Shown here piece by piece: positions 11,283-22,898 of a DNA stretch of 64,000 bases. The translations under genes were made by a program, and so were the position numbers. The first letter of the stretch is position 1, and every line of letters starts with the position of its first letter. This stretch comes from Octopus sinensis (Eukaryota): NCBI RefSeq assembly GCF_006345805.1, contig NC_043012.1, forward strand, positions 16,616,001 through 16,680,000, read 5' to 3'. The notes under the pieces are model-generated. The model had not been told where the DNA came from, ran no database searches, and worked only from the letters and a program-made list of their open reading frames with translations.

Positions 11283-13010
11283 CTGAATGAAGAAAATGAA
11301 TGGGATAAAGAGAGTCTGCCGAATGTTGACCCAACAGAGGGACCAGCTATCCGAGTTGATAGTTCTGTGGTAGCTAAGGCAATTAGAAGCATGAAGACAG
11401 GGAAAGCCCCAGGCCCATCAGGAATCACTGCAGAGATGCTCAAAATGTCTGGTAGTGTCGGCTATAGCCTAGTCACCCATATAGTTAATCAGGTGATACA
11501 CAAAGGGGTCATACCCAATGACTGGTGTAGCAGTATGATAGTCAACTGCTACAAAGGTAAAGGTGATGCCCTAGATACAAATAACTACAGAGGTATCAAG
11601 CTGTTGGACCAGGTGATGAAGGTTACGGAGAGGGTCATAGCCCAACTAATTAGAGAGAGAGTTAGTTTAGATGAGATGCAGTTTGGGTTTGTGCCAGGGA
11701 AAAGTACTACTGATGCTATATTCCTGGTAAGGCAGCTGCAGGAGAAATACCTAGCCAAAGATAAGCCCCTATACCTGGCTTTTGTTGACATGGAGAAAGC
11801 CTTCGACAGGGTCCCCCAATCCCTTATCTGGTGGGCAATGAGAAAACTAGGGATAGATGAATGGTTAGTGAGAGCTGTGCGGGCCATGTATAGGGACGCC
11901 GCTAGTAGGGTGAGGGTTGGAAATGAGTACAGTGAAGAATTCCGGGTAGAGGTAGGGGTCCACCAAGGCTCAGTACTCAGCCCCCTCCTATTTATCATAG
12001 TCCTCCAGGCAATAACGGAGGAATTCAAGACAGGATGCCCTTGGGAGCTCCTCTATGCTGATGACCTTGCTCTAATTGCTGAGTCGCTATCAGAACTGGA
12101 GGAGAAGTTTCAGGTGTGGAAACAAGGATTAGAATCGAAGGGCCTCAGAGTCAATCTAGCTAAAACCAAAGTCGTAATCAGTAGGAAGGTAGACAAATCA
12201 CAAACACCTTCAGGTAGATGGCCCTGCTCGATCTGTAGAAAAGGTGTAGGTAGAAACTCTATAAGATGCACCAAGTGTAAGCTATGGACACATAAGAGAT
12301 GCAGCAATGTCAAAGGAAGGCTAACTAGGAAGATGGTTTTTGTATGTGGCAGATGCTCAAGAACAATAAACACTGAAAATGCTCTGAGACCAACTTCCGT
12401 CACTTTCCAGGGAGAAAAACTAGAAATAGTTGATAGTTTCCGTTACCTAGGTGACCAAGTCAGCAGCGGGGGCGGGTGTGCTGAAAGTGTAACTGCTAGA
12501 GTAAGAATAGCTTGGGCAAAGTTCAGAGAGCTCTTACCTCTGCTGGTGACAAAAGGCCTCTCGCACAGAGTGAAAGGCAGACTGTATGATGTGTGTGTAC
12601 GAACAGCCATGCTACATGGCAGTGAAACATGGGCCGTGACTGCTGAGGATATGCGTAAGCTCGCTAGAAATGAAGCCAGTATGCTCCGATGGATGTGTAA
12701 TGCCGGTACTCACACTCGGCAGAGTGTAAGTACCTTGAGAGAAAAGCTGGACCTAAGAAGCATCAGTTGTGGTGTGCAAGAGAGACGTTTGCGCTGGTAT
12801 GGTCATGTGGCGAGAATGGATGAAGATAGTTGTGTGAAAAAGTGCCACACCCTAGCGGTTGAGGGAACCTGTGGAAGAGGCAGACCCAGGAAAACCTGGG
12901 ACGAGGTGGTGAAGCACGACCTTCGAACTTTAGGTCTCACTGAGGAAATGACTAGAGACCGAGACCTCTGGAAGTGTGCTGTGCGCGAGAAGACCCGGCA
13001 GGACAAGTGA
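11283..13010 (+). CDS. RTE LINE ORF2 fragment: reverse transcriptase with internal PHD-type zinc finger (no endonuclease)
   Basis: KAPGPSG, NYRGIKLL, QFGF..G.STTDAI, FVDMEKAFDRV, GVHQGSVLSPLLF, LLYADDL, FRYLG, HGSETW and RLRWYGHV..RGRPRKTW motifs; no stop in 575 codons. Confidence 0.93.
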   Translation: MNEENEWDKESLPNVDPTEGPAIRVDSSVVAKAIRSMKTGKAPGPSGITAEMLKMSGSVGYSLVTHIVNQVIHKGVIPNDWCSSMIVNCYKGKGDALDTNNYRGIKLLDQVMKVTERVIAQLIRERVSLDEMQFGFVPGKSTTDAIFLVRQLQEKYLAKDKPLYLAFVDMEKAFDRVPQSLIWWAMRKLGIDEWLVRAVRAMYRDAASRVRVGNEYSEEFRVEVGVHQGSVLSPLLFIIVLQAITEEFKTGCPWELLYADDLALIAESLSELEEKFQVWKQGLESKGLRVNLAKTKVVISRKVDKSQTPSGRWPCSICRKGVGRNSIRCTKCKLWTHKRCSNVKGRLTRKMVFVCGRCSRTINTENALRPTSVTFQGEKLEIVDSFRYLGDQVSSGGGCAESVTARVRIAWAKFRELLPLLVTKGLSHRVKGRLYDVCVRTAMLHGSETWAVTAEDMRKLARNEASMLRWMCNAGTHTRQSVSTLREKLDLRSISCGVQERRLRWYGHVARMDEDSCVKKCHTLAVEGTCGRGRPRKTWDEVVKHDLRTLGLTEEMTRDRDLWKCAVREKTRQDK

Positions 13011-13612
13011 GTCCACAACCCGTGGCCTTCTACATGGGATGGAGCCAGCCTACGTATGCATACCTTCCCTTCTTGGGACACAAAACTCTACTTGTGAAGA
13101 CGTGTTGAGGCAAGTGAGGATCAGAATCGAAATCGATCAATGGAAATTGCGGATGTGCTACCAGTGCCGGTGGCATGTCGAAACTCTGCTTGTGAAGACC
13201 CATTGAGGCAAGTGAGGATCAGAATCGAAATCGATCAATGGAAATTGCACATGTGTTACCAGTGCCGGTGGCATGTAAGAGAACTTTCCGTTTCGCGACC
13301 GTTGCCAGCACCGCCCCGTTTCGTGTCCGTTGCCAGCCTCGCCTGGCCCTCGTGCCGGTGGCACATAAAAAGCACCATCCATTCGTGGCCGTTTGCCAGC
13401 TCTGTCTGGCACCAGTGCGGGTGGCACGTAAAAAGCACCCACTACACTCACGGAGTGGTTGGCGTTAGGAAGGGCATCCAGCCGTAGAAACACTGCCAGA
13501 TTTGACTGGGCCTGATGAAGCCTTCTGGCTTCACAGACCCCAGTAGAACCGTCCAACCCATGCTAGCATGGAAAACGGACGCTAAATGATGATGATGATG
13601 ATGATGATGATG
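11283..13612 (+). mobile_element. 5'-truncated RTE-clade LINE with 600-bp 3' UTR and (ATG)n tail
   Basis: Open RT frame, modular 3' UTR, tail gctaaatgatgatgatg; flanked by ATGATG (11277..11282 and tail end). Confidence 0.92.
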
Positions 13613-13752
13613 GGCTTCTTTCAGTTTCCATCTACCAGATCCACTCACAAGGCCCGAGGCTATAGTAGAAGACACTTGCCCAAGGTGCCACTCCATGGGA
13701 CTGAACCTAGAACCACGTGAAGCAAGCTTCTTACCACACAGCCACTCCTGCG
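13613..13752 (-). mobile_element. 5' half of the split family B SINE
   Basis: ggcttctttcagtttccatctacc...ccacacagccactcctgcgc continues the SINE interrupted at 11282. Confidence 0.85.
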
Positions 13753-15068
13753 CTTATGTTGAGAAATATTTCAAGGCATAAACTTAAATGCTATTTTTTA
13801 TTTCTTGAATTACATTTGTTTCACAAATAATTTAATCCAAGATTCACCTGCTGAGACGGAAAGATTTGTATCATGATAGAGTTTGCCTGTTTTAAAGTCC
13901 ACTTTTTCATGCTTCCATGGTTGCCATAGAAATTGTTGAGGCAGATTATATCCAGCTAGATGCCCTTCCTCTTGCCAACCCACACCTGTTTCTAAGTAGG
14001 GCAATATTTCCCAACCCCATGGGCAAGCTGGCAGAATCGTTAGCACACCGGGTGAAATGCTTAGCAGCATTTCATCTGCCGTTACATTCTGAGTTCAAAT
14101 TCCGCCACGGTTGTCTTTGCCTTTCATTCTTTTGGAATCAATTAAATAAGTACCAGTTATGCACTGGAGTCAATGTAATCAACTTAATCCTTTTGTCTGT
14201 CCTTGTTTGTCCCCCTGTGGGCAATAAGGAAATAAATATTTCCCAACCTCATGATCAGACATGTTTCCATGGAAGATTAGAAAAGAAGGACATTGTTTCC
14301 ATGACGATGACACTCATTTACAACTAGCAAGTGATGTCAAGATAAGGAAATAGTCATACATACACACACCTGATGCCTTTCCTGATGCTAACCCTTGATT
14401 CCATTCAGCTTCAAAGGCACAAAGTGACCTGGCAATTGTTTGACAGAACTGAATACAACAGCATTGTATTCAACTTTTGTACAAATTATCACAAATACAT
14501 GCACATTACGAAAAGTTTTTTTTTTTTCTGTTTACCAAATCCACTCACAAGGCTATGATTATCTGGGACTATAGTACAAGACGCTTCACTGTGAGACTTT
14601 ACTAAAAACCACATTTGAGTCATTGTAGCGACTACAACCACCAAAGCTAGAGCAGAGGTTTCTTACCTGTAGACTGAATCTGGTCCACCAAAAGATTTCA
14701 TCTCGCTTGGGGAAAATCTTATTAAAATATCCAAAGTTTAGTTTTGTCCATGTGAATTATCTCATAAAAGAAAATGCATCCAGCCAAACAAAGCGTGCAT
14801 GGCAGTGTTCTTGCAGTTAGAGATGTCATTCAAGAGAAAGCTGTCTACATTTTGCAAGACTTTGCTGGAGAGTTAAACAAGAACTCTCTAGAAATACATT
14901 CCAATGGACACCCAACATACAGATTGGCCTCAAATATAAACTTCCATCAACTAGACCAGTCTGAACGTGGGGGTGTTGCTTTGTTGACATCCTGTTTGCT
15001 CTGTGGGATTTTAAGAACTATGACTAAGTCAAGCATATCCAAACTAGCATAACCAGGTGATGATTGAA

Positions 15069-15277
15069 CCCTTTAGCATTTAAAATGGTCATAACCAGCC
15101 CAAATATTCTATTTTATGTTAAAACAGACCGGAATTTCTCACACTTACCCTATAATTTCATTCTAAAAACAATCACATCATCAAAATCTCAAAGCTATTA
15201 GATAATCTCATAATTAATTCAAAACACTGTGAATAAATAAGCTTCACATTTGATAAAGTAATCTGAATGCTAAAGGG
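15069..15277. mobile_element. piggyBac-like MITE
   Basis: TIR CCCTTTAGCATT / AATGCTAAAGGG, right flank TTAA, left TGAA; same family as 38510..38728. Confidence 0.75.
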
Positions 15278-15910
15278 TTAAATAAACAATGAAAGCAAAA
15301 ATCATTTATTTCAATATCTATTTTCATTTAAAAAGTTACTCCTGTATGCATGAGGCTCCGCTCACGTCACTTTATCTATTCTCATTAGAAAAAAAATAGC
15401 TGGTATAAGAGATATATTCTTATCTTTCTTCTGGCAATTCCAAATAGACATTTTCTAAAACATATAAATGTTTAGATTAGTCACAGATTTTTACTCAAAA
15501 TAAAAAAAAAAAATGGTTGCACAAAAACCATTTTGTGGTTTCTCGTCTAGCTCCCTTTTGGATTTTGTTGTACCATGTCATATGTTTCCCTGAGGGAAGA
15601 CCCTCGTTTTGCTGGTTTTGAATCATCGTTGATGCTCCTGTAACTTTGCTTTTTACTTTTCTAGGTAGGGCTGGCCCCATGCAAACCCATTTTTACTTCT
15701 GGGAAGCGGTGGTACCATATTAGTGTGGCTGTTATCTTTTGACCTATCCAACATCTAAGGCCCTACTGGCTCTGCTCTCATGGCTGTTGAGGCATTCAAG
15801 CCACCTCAAAGTAACAAGGACTGGACCTTGTGATGCACTTGTACACACACAAACCGAAAAAAGTATTGTGTAAGAGTGATTTGGTTTTTGTCACTATTCA
15901 GTCTGTGTGG

Positions 15911-16663
15911 ATATTCTTTTCTACTCTAGGCACAAGGCCCAAAATTTTGGGGGAGAGAGCCAGTTGATTAAATTGACCCCGGTATGCAACTGGTACTGAA
16001 TTTATCAACTCCGAAAGGATGAAAGGCAAAGTCAACCTCGGTGAAATTTGAACTCAGAGCATAAAGATAAATGAAAAATATTCTTTTCTACTCTAGGCAC
16101 AAGGCCCAAAATTTTTGGGGAGGGGGCCAGTTGATTAGATTGACCCCAGTATGCAACTGGTATTGAATTTATCAACTCCGAAAGGATGAAAGGCAAAGTC
16201 AACCTCGGTGAAATTTGAACTCAGAACGTAAAGATAAATGAAAAATATTCTTTTCTACTCTAGGCACAAGGCCCAAAATTTTTGGGGAGGGGGCCAGTTG
16301 ATTAGATTGACCCCAGTATGCAACTGGTATTGAATTTATCAACTCCGAAAGGATGAAAGGCAAAGTCAACCTCGGTGAAATTTGAACTCAGAACGTAAAG
16401 ATAAAGGAAAAATATTCTTTTCTACTCTAGGCACAAGGCCTGAAATTTTGGGGAAGAGGCCCAGTTGATTAAATTGACCCCAGAATGCAACTGGTACTTA
16501 ATTTATCAACCCCAAAAGGCAAAGTCAACCTTGGTGGAATTTGAACTCAGAATGTAAAGACAGACAAAAAAATATTCTTTTCTACTCTAGGGACAAGGCC
16601 CGAAATTTTGGGGGAGGGGGCCAGTCAATTAAATCGACTCCAGTATGCAACTGGTACTTAATT
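15911..16663 (-). repeat. Tandem array of about 4.5 SINE-A-derived 167-bp monomers
   Basis: atattcttttctactctagg recurs at 15911, 16078, 16245, 16412 and 16572 (periods 167, 167, 167, 160). Confidence 0.92.
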
Positions 16664-16939
16664 TCTGTGTGAATATTGTTGTTGTAAACAAATATTTGTT
16701 GATGCTATTTCACACAAAGAAAAACGACTTTCATCATTTAACGACCTCTTTCTAAGCTGGTATGGGTTGGACGGTTTGACATAGAGCTGTCCAGACTCCA
16801 ACTTTTTTATGTGCCACTGGCACAGGTGCGTTAACACAGGTGATTTTTTAAGTGGTATTCGCACCTGAAAGACAAACCTGTATGTGCAAAAGACAACAAA
16901 TTTACTTAGCTTAACATGCTTATCAAGTATAGCCAATTA

Positions 16940-17085
16940 CCACTTCTAGTCCCTTGTCATTTCCTCAGTGAGGCCCAGCATCAGAAGATCCTTTCTCACC
17001 ACTTCATCCCATGTCTTCCTGGGTCTACTCTTTCCACAGGTACCCTCCACAATTAGAGCTCAACACCTCTTTATGCAGCTATCCT
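16940..17085 (-). mobile_element. Decayed RTE ORF2 3' fragment related to the 11283 LINE
   Basis: Reverse strand reads DSCIKRC*ALIVEGTCG.., matching DSCVKKCHTLAVEGTCGRGRP. Confidence 0.7.
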
Positions 17086-17848
17086 TGGGTGAAATATACA
17101 GTTTTCTGTCAATTAGCTGTAATCTAAATGCTCGTTAGATGCTGCATATTTTGTCGGTCAATCAAGGGTGATAATTTAAAAGCATTGGCTAATCTATTTT
17201 ATCCATGCGTAGATCCTAGAAAACACTTCCATTTAGCCTGTCTGTTCCTCGGAAAACCTACAAATTCTCAAAACAACTTCAATTCGTCTCATCTAGATTC
17301 CCAACGTTCCAGTGTAAAGAAGCTTAACAAACTAAATTCTACTCTAATAAATGGTTCTATGCCAGACATTGAGAGGCTAGAGTGTGATGGAAGAATGAAC
17401 TGAGACAGCTTGTAATAGGCACACAAGGCTGACTAATTAATAGGTAAGCAAAAGAGAAGCCAAAAGTGGTGATTTCCAGCTACCAAAATCATTTGCAAGG
17501 CTTCAAGCTGGACTGGTGCTATGGTAGAAGATACTTACCCAAGGTGCTGCACAATGGGATTGAACTGAAAACTGCATTAGGAAACAAACTTCTTAGGCAC
17601 ACAACCATGCCTGTTGTATATCCTTTATTATTTGAAGAGGGTGTTTATAAATTATCTTTACAACTTCCACAATTTATTCAGTCACATTGTGAAGGTAATT
17701 TATGGACACTATGTATTATATTTAGGTACAGAAACAAAAAAAAAAAAAAAAAAAAAAAAAAACCAATGAAAAAAATGAATGATAACTCTGACAACAATAC
17801 GCTTCAAAACTCAGGGTTCACATGATGGAATTGGCAACATGCACCCTG

Positions 17849-17854
17849 TTTATT
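17849..17854 (-). promoter_or_regulatory. Candidate polyadenylation signal of NDUFA12
   Basis: AATAAA on the minus strand about 50 nt after the stop codon. Confidence 0.45.
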
Positions 17855-17905
17855 ATTAGTTCATAAGGTCTAAACAAAACAAAGAAACTATAAAAAAGGC
17901 AGAAA

Positions 17906-18071
17906 TTATTTTGGAGGTTGCCAGCTCTCTATTTTTGGCCTTGTTGTTGAATATGGAACGTATTCTTTACATGTTCCTGAAGGGTTTTCTAAGTGTGGTG
18001 ACATCCAAGGCTTTGAGACGGGAGGGGATACGGTGGGCGGTTCATCCCCTATGTAGTGTAACCAACGATGC
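17906..18071 (-). CDS. NDUFA12: NADH:ubiquinone oxidoreductase subunit A12, exon 4 (last)
   Basis: W|HRWLHYIGDEPPTVSPPVSKPWMSPHLENPSGTCKEYVPYSTTRPKIESWQPPK*; acceptor cag at 18074-18072; YVPYSTT..KI..W.PP signature. Confidence 0.95.
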
Positions 18072-18838
18072 CTGCAAGACAAAGTAATCACAAGTTAAGA
18101 CAGCAATCAAGACAAATGGAAGAAAGATGTGAGTGAACGAAGGGTTTACAAATACAAATATGTATATAAGTTTATATATACAAATATGTATATAAGTTTT
18201 ATCTTAATAATTCTTTTTTTAATTCTTTTTACTCTTTCATTTTTCTCTTATTCTTTTACCTCCTCTTCTCCCACTATTCTTTCCTATTACTCTGTCACTC
18301 TTCCTCCCTTGCTCACGTGACCATCGGCCATCTTTCTTCTAACTTCTGTTTCTTTCTTTCTCTCCGTTGTAGCTGGAACAAGGAAGATGTGTTCTTGTTT
18401 GTCTCCTGTCCAAGCTTGATTTACGCATTCGCCACCAAAACCTCGTTTAGGCTTAGCAGCCCTTCCTGTTTGTTTTCACAGTCCTGTTTGTGTTACCAAT
18501 TTTGACCCTCTACAAAATCCCAAATTTTATTTAATTTGCTTTGCAAGAACAACTGTTTTATGGAAAGCGTATATTGTTGTTAAATGTTCGAAATACAAAA
18601 CTAGAAAAACAGCCAACAACTGATGAAGGGTCGTTCTTTATGTTGTTTGATTTGTTTTCCATCTGTGTCTTTTGTTGTTCGAAAGAATAGTTCATGTTCC
18701 ATGTACTCGTACTTCGTATTTTTTGTTGTACACATTTCATGGTCCTGTGCCCACATATGCATATATATATATATGCATAGATGCAAGTATGTACATATAC
18801 ATAAACAGATGTATTAGTTTAATGCTCGGGAAGTGAGA

Positions 18839-18872
18839 AAGTCTTTTAGGTTTCGAGCCTATGCTCTTCAAC
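18839..18872 (-). ncRNA. Degenerate minimal hammerhead motif, family B
   Basis: Minus strand TTGA-A-GAGC-ATAG-GCTC-GAAAC-CTA-AAAGAC; sister of the copy at 47954. Confidence 0.45.
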
Positions 18873-20591
18873 ATATCTACAACATTCTTATCATCCATCC
18901 CTTAGCACCCATTTTTCCATGTTTGCACAGGTCCAGATGCCTTTCCTGTCACCAACTCTCACTTGTTTTCATGGAAGATTGGAATCAAACAACACTGCTT
19001 GTATGACAGACACTCATTTACAATTATTAAATGATGTCAGAAAGAGTCTACACATATATACATACATATAGATGTAGACAAATATAAGGTTCAAGGATCA
19101 AGGTGTAGGAAGAAAGTTAGCTTCAAACAATCCATAATAAATACAAAAAACAACTTTCTGGGACAATATTGGTTTATTGAGATGGAAGGTTGTGAATTTA
19201 TTCCTATACTGAAAAAAAGTTCTTTTTATATTTCACGGTAGGTGATCAGGGTTGTTGGGTGTGCAAATAAGAATACAAGAGTTAAAGAATGGAGTAGATA
19301 AGATCCAGGCTACATAAGTTTCATAGTAAATGGAACCTTGGAAGTGGTAAATATCAAAGCTAGGTGTACACTGCAGGTTGCTCTTCAGGCAAAGGATATC
19401 TTGATTAAACAAAAGTTTGCATTGTCGCAAGAAGGTACATGTTAACATGTGGAAGATTCAATCAGAATATATATATATGTGGCACGTAAAAAGCACCAAC
19501 CGATCATGGCTGCTGCCAGCCTCCCCTGGCACCTGTGCCGGTGGCACATAAAAAGCACCCACTACACTCTCAGAGTGGTTGGCGTTAGGAAGGGAATCCA
19601 GCTGTAGAAACACTGCCAGATCAGACTAGATCCTGGTGCAGACTCCTGGTTTCCCCAGACACCGGTCGAACTGTCCAACCCATGCTAGCATGGAAAACGG
19701 ACGTTAAACCATGATGATGATGATATATATATATATGCAAACAATTGTCATGAATTGTGACTAAGGATGCCGGGTTGCTACCTTGCCTTGTCAGTCACAA
19801 TTAGCGACAAATGAATTTTTCCTTTTTGGTTTTGTATTGCGCATACCTGCCTTTCTTTATTACATACAGGTAGTCGTCAACTTACAACCACTGCAGAGTT
19901 TCTAAACAGCCACAATGGTGAAACACACAGAGGGCACAATTTATGTCAACTTGTGTTGTTCATAATATTCACTCCGTATATCATAACCAGTAATACTTCT
20001 ACACAATCTAGAACAGAGAAGACTACCAAAATCTCTTTATTTTGTATGTCAGTTTGAACCTTGAGGCCCTAAAAATAGTCGACCCCATTACAGCATGGAC
20101 TGGGTGCATTTTATTGCTCTAATGGTACTATATATGTTGTCTGTGAGGACTAAAGAACTTTTTCCTTACTTCCAGACAGCTGGAGGGAGGGAGGGAAAAG
20201 GTTCTTTAATCCTGGCAGACACCATATTCAGTGCCAGTAGGACATTCATGATGAATTTCTCAAAGAGATGAAAGTGCTACATAAATAATTATCCAAAATC
20301 CTGACTATCTGCTTCAAACAATTTATGCATATATACCCACACACACAAATAAATAAATAAATATATATCCGAACATAATTGATGCCAGGCCTGCCTGACT
20401 GGCTCCTGTGCCAGTGGCATGTAAAAAGTACCCACTACACTGTTGGAGTGGTTGGCATTAGGAAGGGCATCCAGCTGTAGAAACATTGCCAGATCAGATT
20501 GGAGCCTGGTGCAGCTGCTGGCTTTCCAGACCTCAGTCAAGCCATCCAACCCATGCCAGCATGGAAAACGGACATTAAACAATGATGCTGA

Positions 20592-20631
<40 letters not shown>

Positions 20632-20886
20632 TCATACACACACGTACATATGCATATATGTGTGTGTATGTGTATTTGTCCACAACCACTGTTTGTTTAC
20701 ACACCACTTGACTTAGTGGTTTGGCAGAGTACCAAATGATAAAAGTACCAGATTTTAAAAACAAACAAAGAAAAAAGTACTTGGGGGTCAATTTGCTTAA
20801 CTAAAATCCTTCAAGACTAGTATGTCTGCAATTCAATGATTGAAACAAGTAAAAGATAAAAGAAGTATATATCTATATATACATAC

Positions 20887-20959
20887 CAAGCAGCTGGTAT
20901 CATGCTCCCATCATAATCAACATTGAATTTCTTGTTATAAATTACCCAGCGACTTCGTC
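20887..20959 (-). CDS. NDUFA12: NDUFA12 exon 3
   Basis: G-RSRWVIYNKKFNVDYDGSMIPAA-W; acceptor gacag, donor gtatgt; 73 bp, phases 1 to 2. Confidence 0.93.
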
Positions 20960-21091
20960 CTGTCAAAATGGAAGGAAATTAGTTTCAAAAGTAGGAAGAT
21001 CAAGAGCCATGTTCTACTACTATGATAACAAGCTTGTAAGAGTCAGTTCTTTTCATCATATATGTACCTGTTGAGCACTGGGGTTAACGTA

Positions 21092-21791
21092 CCGTATATA
21101 CTCAACTACAAAACGCCCTCGCCTATAAGACGCATCCAACTTACAAGGTTCAAATCGGGAATTTTATCAGTGAACTGACTACAAATCGCAGTGACTTTTT
21201 TGATGTTTTAGTGCAAAGTTTGATTAGGAATCACGCCGACATAGTTGTTGTTCGGTAACTGAGCTTTCAGTAAGCTGCAGATGACTTACAACAGTTACCC
21301 CATTAAGTCCATGCATTTTAGAAACCGCTGTTTATAATGTAAAATCTTATCCTTGATAATGCTAGTTGACTTGTTTATCGTATTGAGCTTCAATCGGTTC
21401 GATACTTTCTCTTTACTTTTTGATTGATGACTTTCTTTATTAGGACACTTCTGCAGCAACTGACACACAAAAGCATGCAGTCATATGTGCTACGATTGGA
21501 AAAAAAATATACAGTAAACTATTTTAAATTGTAAGGAAGCGTATGAAGCATTGTGACAAAAATCAGAAGAATTCATCATCACTTTCACCAAATAATAGAA
21601 ATAAAGAAATATATAAAAAATCCTCTTCCGTGTATTTCTTGGCTTTGGAATTAGCAATTCGGGATTTTTCGGTCATTCCAAGTGTTGGAACTTCAGACAT
21701 GGCTTCTACCTATTTTTTTATAAGATGCACTTATAATCCACACCCGCAACTTTAGGTGAAAAAAGTGCGATTTATAACTGAGTATATGTAG
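21092..21791. mobile_element. pogo/Tigger-like deletion derivative inserted in a SINE
   Basis: TA flanks; ends CCGTATATACTC / reverse complement CTACATATACTC; subterminal TATAAGACGCA-like motifs. Confidence 0.65.
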
Positions 21792-22305
21792 TAATCAACT
21801 GACCCCACCCCCACCCCACCCAAAATTGCTGGCTTTGTGCCAAAATTTGAAACGAATATGTGTACAACAGGCACAGATGTGGCTGTGTGGTAAGAAGTTT
21901 GCTCCCCAATCACATGGTTTCAGGTTCAGTCCCACAGCATGGAACCTCAGGCATGTGTCTTCTACTGTAGGCTGAAGTCAACTAAGGCCTTGTAAGTGGA
22001 TTAGGCAGATGGAAACTGAAAGAAGCCTATATATATAAGTACTAGATATACAGAAAAAAAGCTGGATTAGTCAAAGGTGACATACCTCTGATCAGAGGTC
22101 TGGTTCAATCAGGACTAACTTGGGGTTAAACAACAATAAAAACACTAGACATTTTTTTATTATTATTATATTGTATGAATTATGTAAGACAAGTTCAAGA
22201 GTGTCTTTGAGATCATATTGTTTTCTTGAGAGTGTCTTTGAGATTGTTTTCTCAGACACTGAAAGTTATAATAAAAACTGGAAAAAATCTTTTAGTTAAA
22301 CTTAC

Positions 22306-22388
22306 CAAAGAAATACTTCTTGTTTTGAAAATATTTATTACCAAATTCATCTTCTCCAATTAAGGTACCAGTTTTCAAATCATCAGTT
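22306..22388 (-). CDS. NDUFA12: NDUFA12 exon 2
   Basis: R-TDDLKTGTLIGEDEFGNKYFQNKKYFF-G; acceptor cctag, donor gtaag; 83 bp; G.D..GNKY signature. Confidence 0.95.
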
Positions 22389-22477
22389 CTAGGATTAGAA
22401 AAAGAAAATAAGATTAACAATAAAATGCAGACTGTACTTTTTTTTGTTTGTTTGTTACAGAGTGTAACATAAGAAAA

Positions 22478-22898
22478 CCATCCGAACGTGGCCGTAGCCA
22501 GTACCGCATCGACTGGCCTCCGTGCTGGTGGCACGTAACAAACACCATACGATCGTGGCCGTGCCAGCCTTGCCTGGCCTCCATGCCGGTGGCACGTAAA
22601 AAATACCATCCAAGCGTAGCCGTTCGCCAGCCTTGTCTGGCACCTGTGTCCGTGGCACATAAAAAAAACACCATCCGAGCGTGGCCGTTCGTCAGCCTCG
22701 TCTGGCACCTGTGTCGGTGGCACATAAAAAGCACCCACTACACTCACGGAGTGGTTGGCGTTAGGAAGGGCATCCAGCTGTAGAAACACTGCCAGATCTG
22801 ACTGGCCTGGTGCAGCCTTCGGGCTTCCCAGACCCCAGCTGAACTGTCCAACCCACGCTAGCATGGAAAGCGGATGTTAAACCATGATGATGATGATG
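22478..22898 (+). mobile_element. Orphan RTE 3' UTR/tail copy (representative of about 20)
   Basis: Matches 13250..13612. Others: + near 19480, 20380, 32490, 33150, 33890, 39540, 40107, 41468, 42815; - near 16740, 25440, 31075, 37015, 44440, 46268, 49918, 50515, 54430. Confidence 0.88.

Noticed and set aside
17736-17762. A27 run as a retrocopy tail
   Set aside because: No upstream processed gene or TSD; on the NDUFA12 strand it is poly-T.
18620-18626. Hammerhead core CTGATGA-AGGG
   Set aside because: No helix II partner or GAAA follows.
20248-20304. Intronic C/D box snoRNA (ATGATGA ... CTGA) in NDUFA12 intron 3
   Set aside because: It is short, lacks a convincing terminal stem and has no recognisable rRNA guide; the motifs are expected by chance.
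22292-22864. 190-aa minus-strand ORF as a gene
   Set aside because: It is antisense read-through of an RTE tail running into NDUFA12 exon 2; only 22306..22388 is coding.
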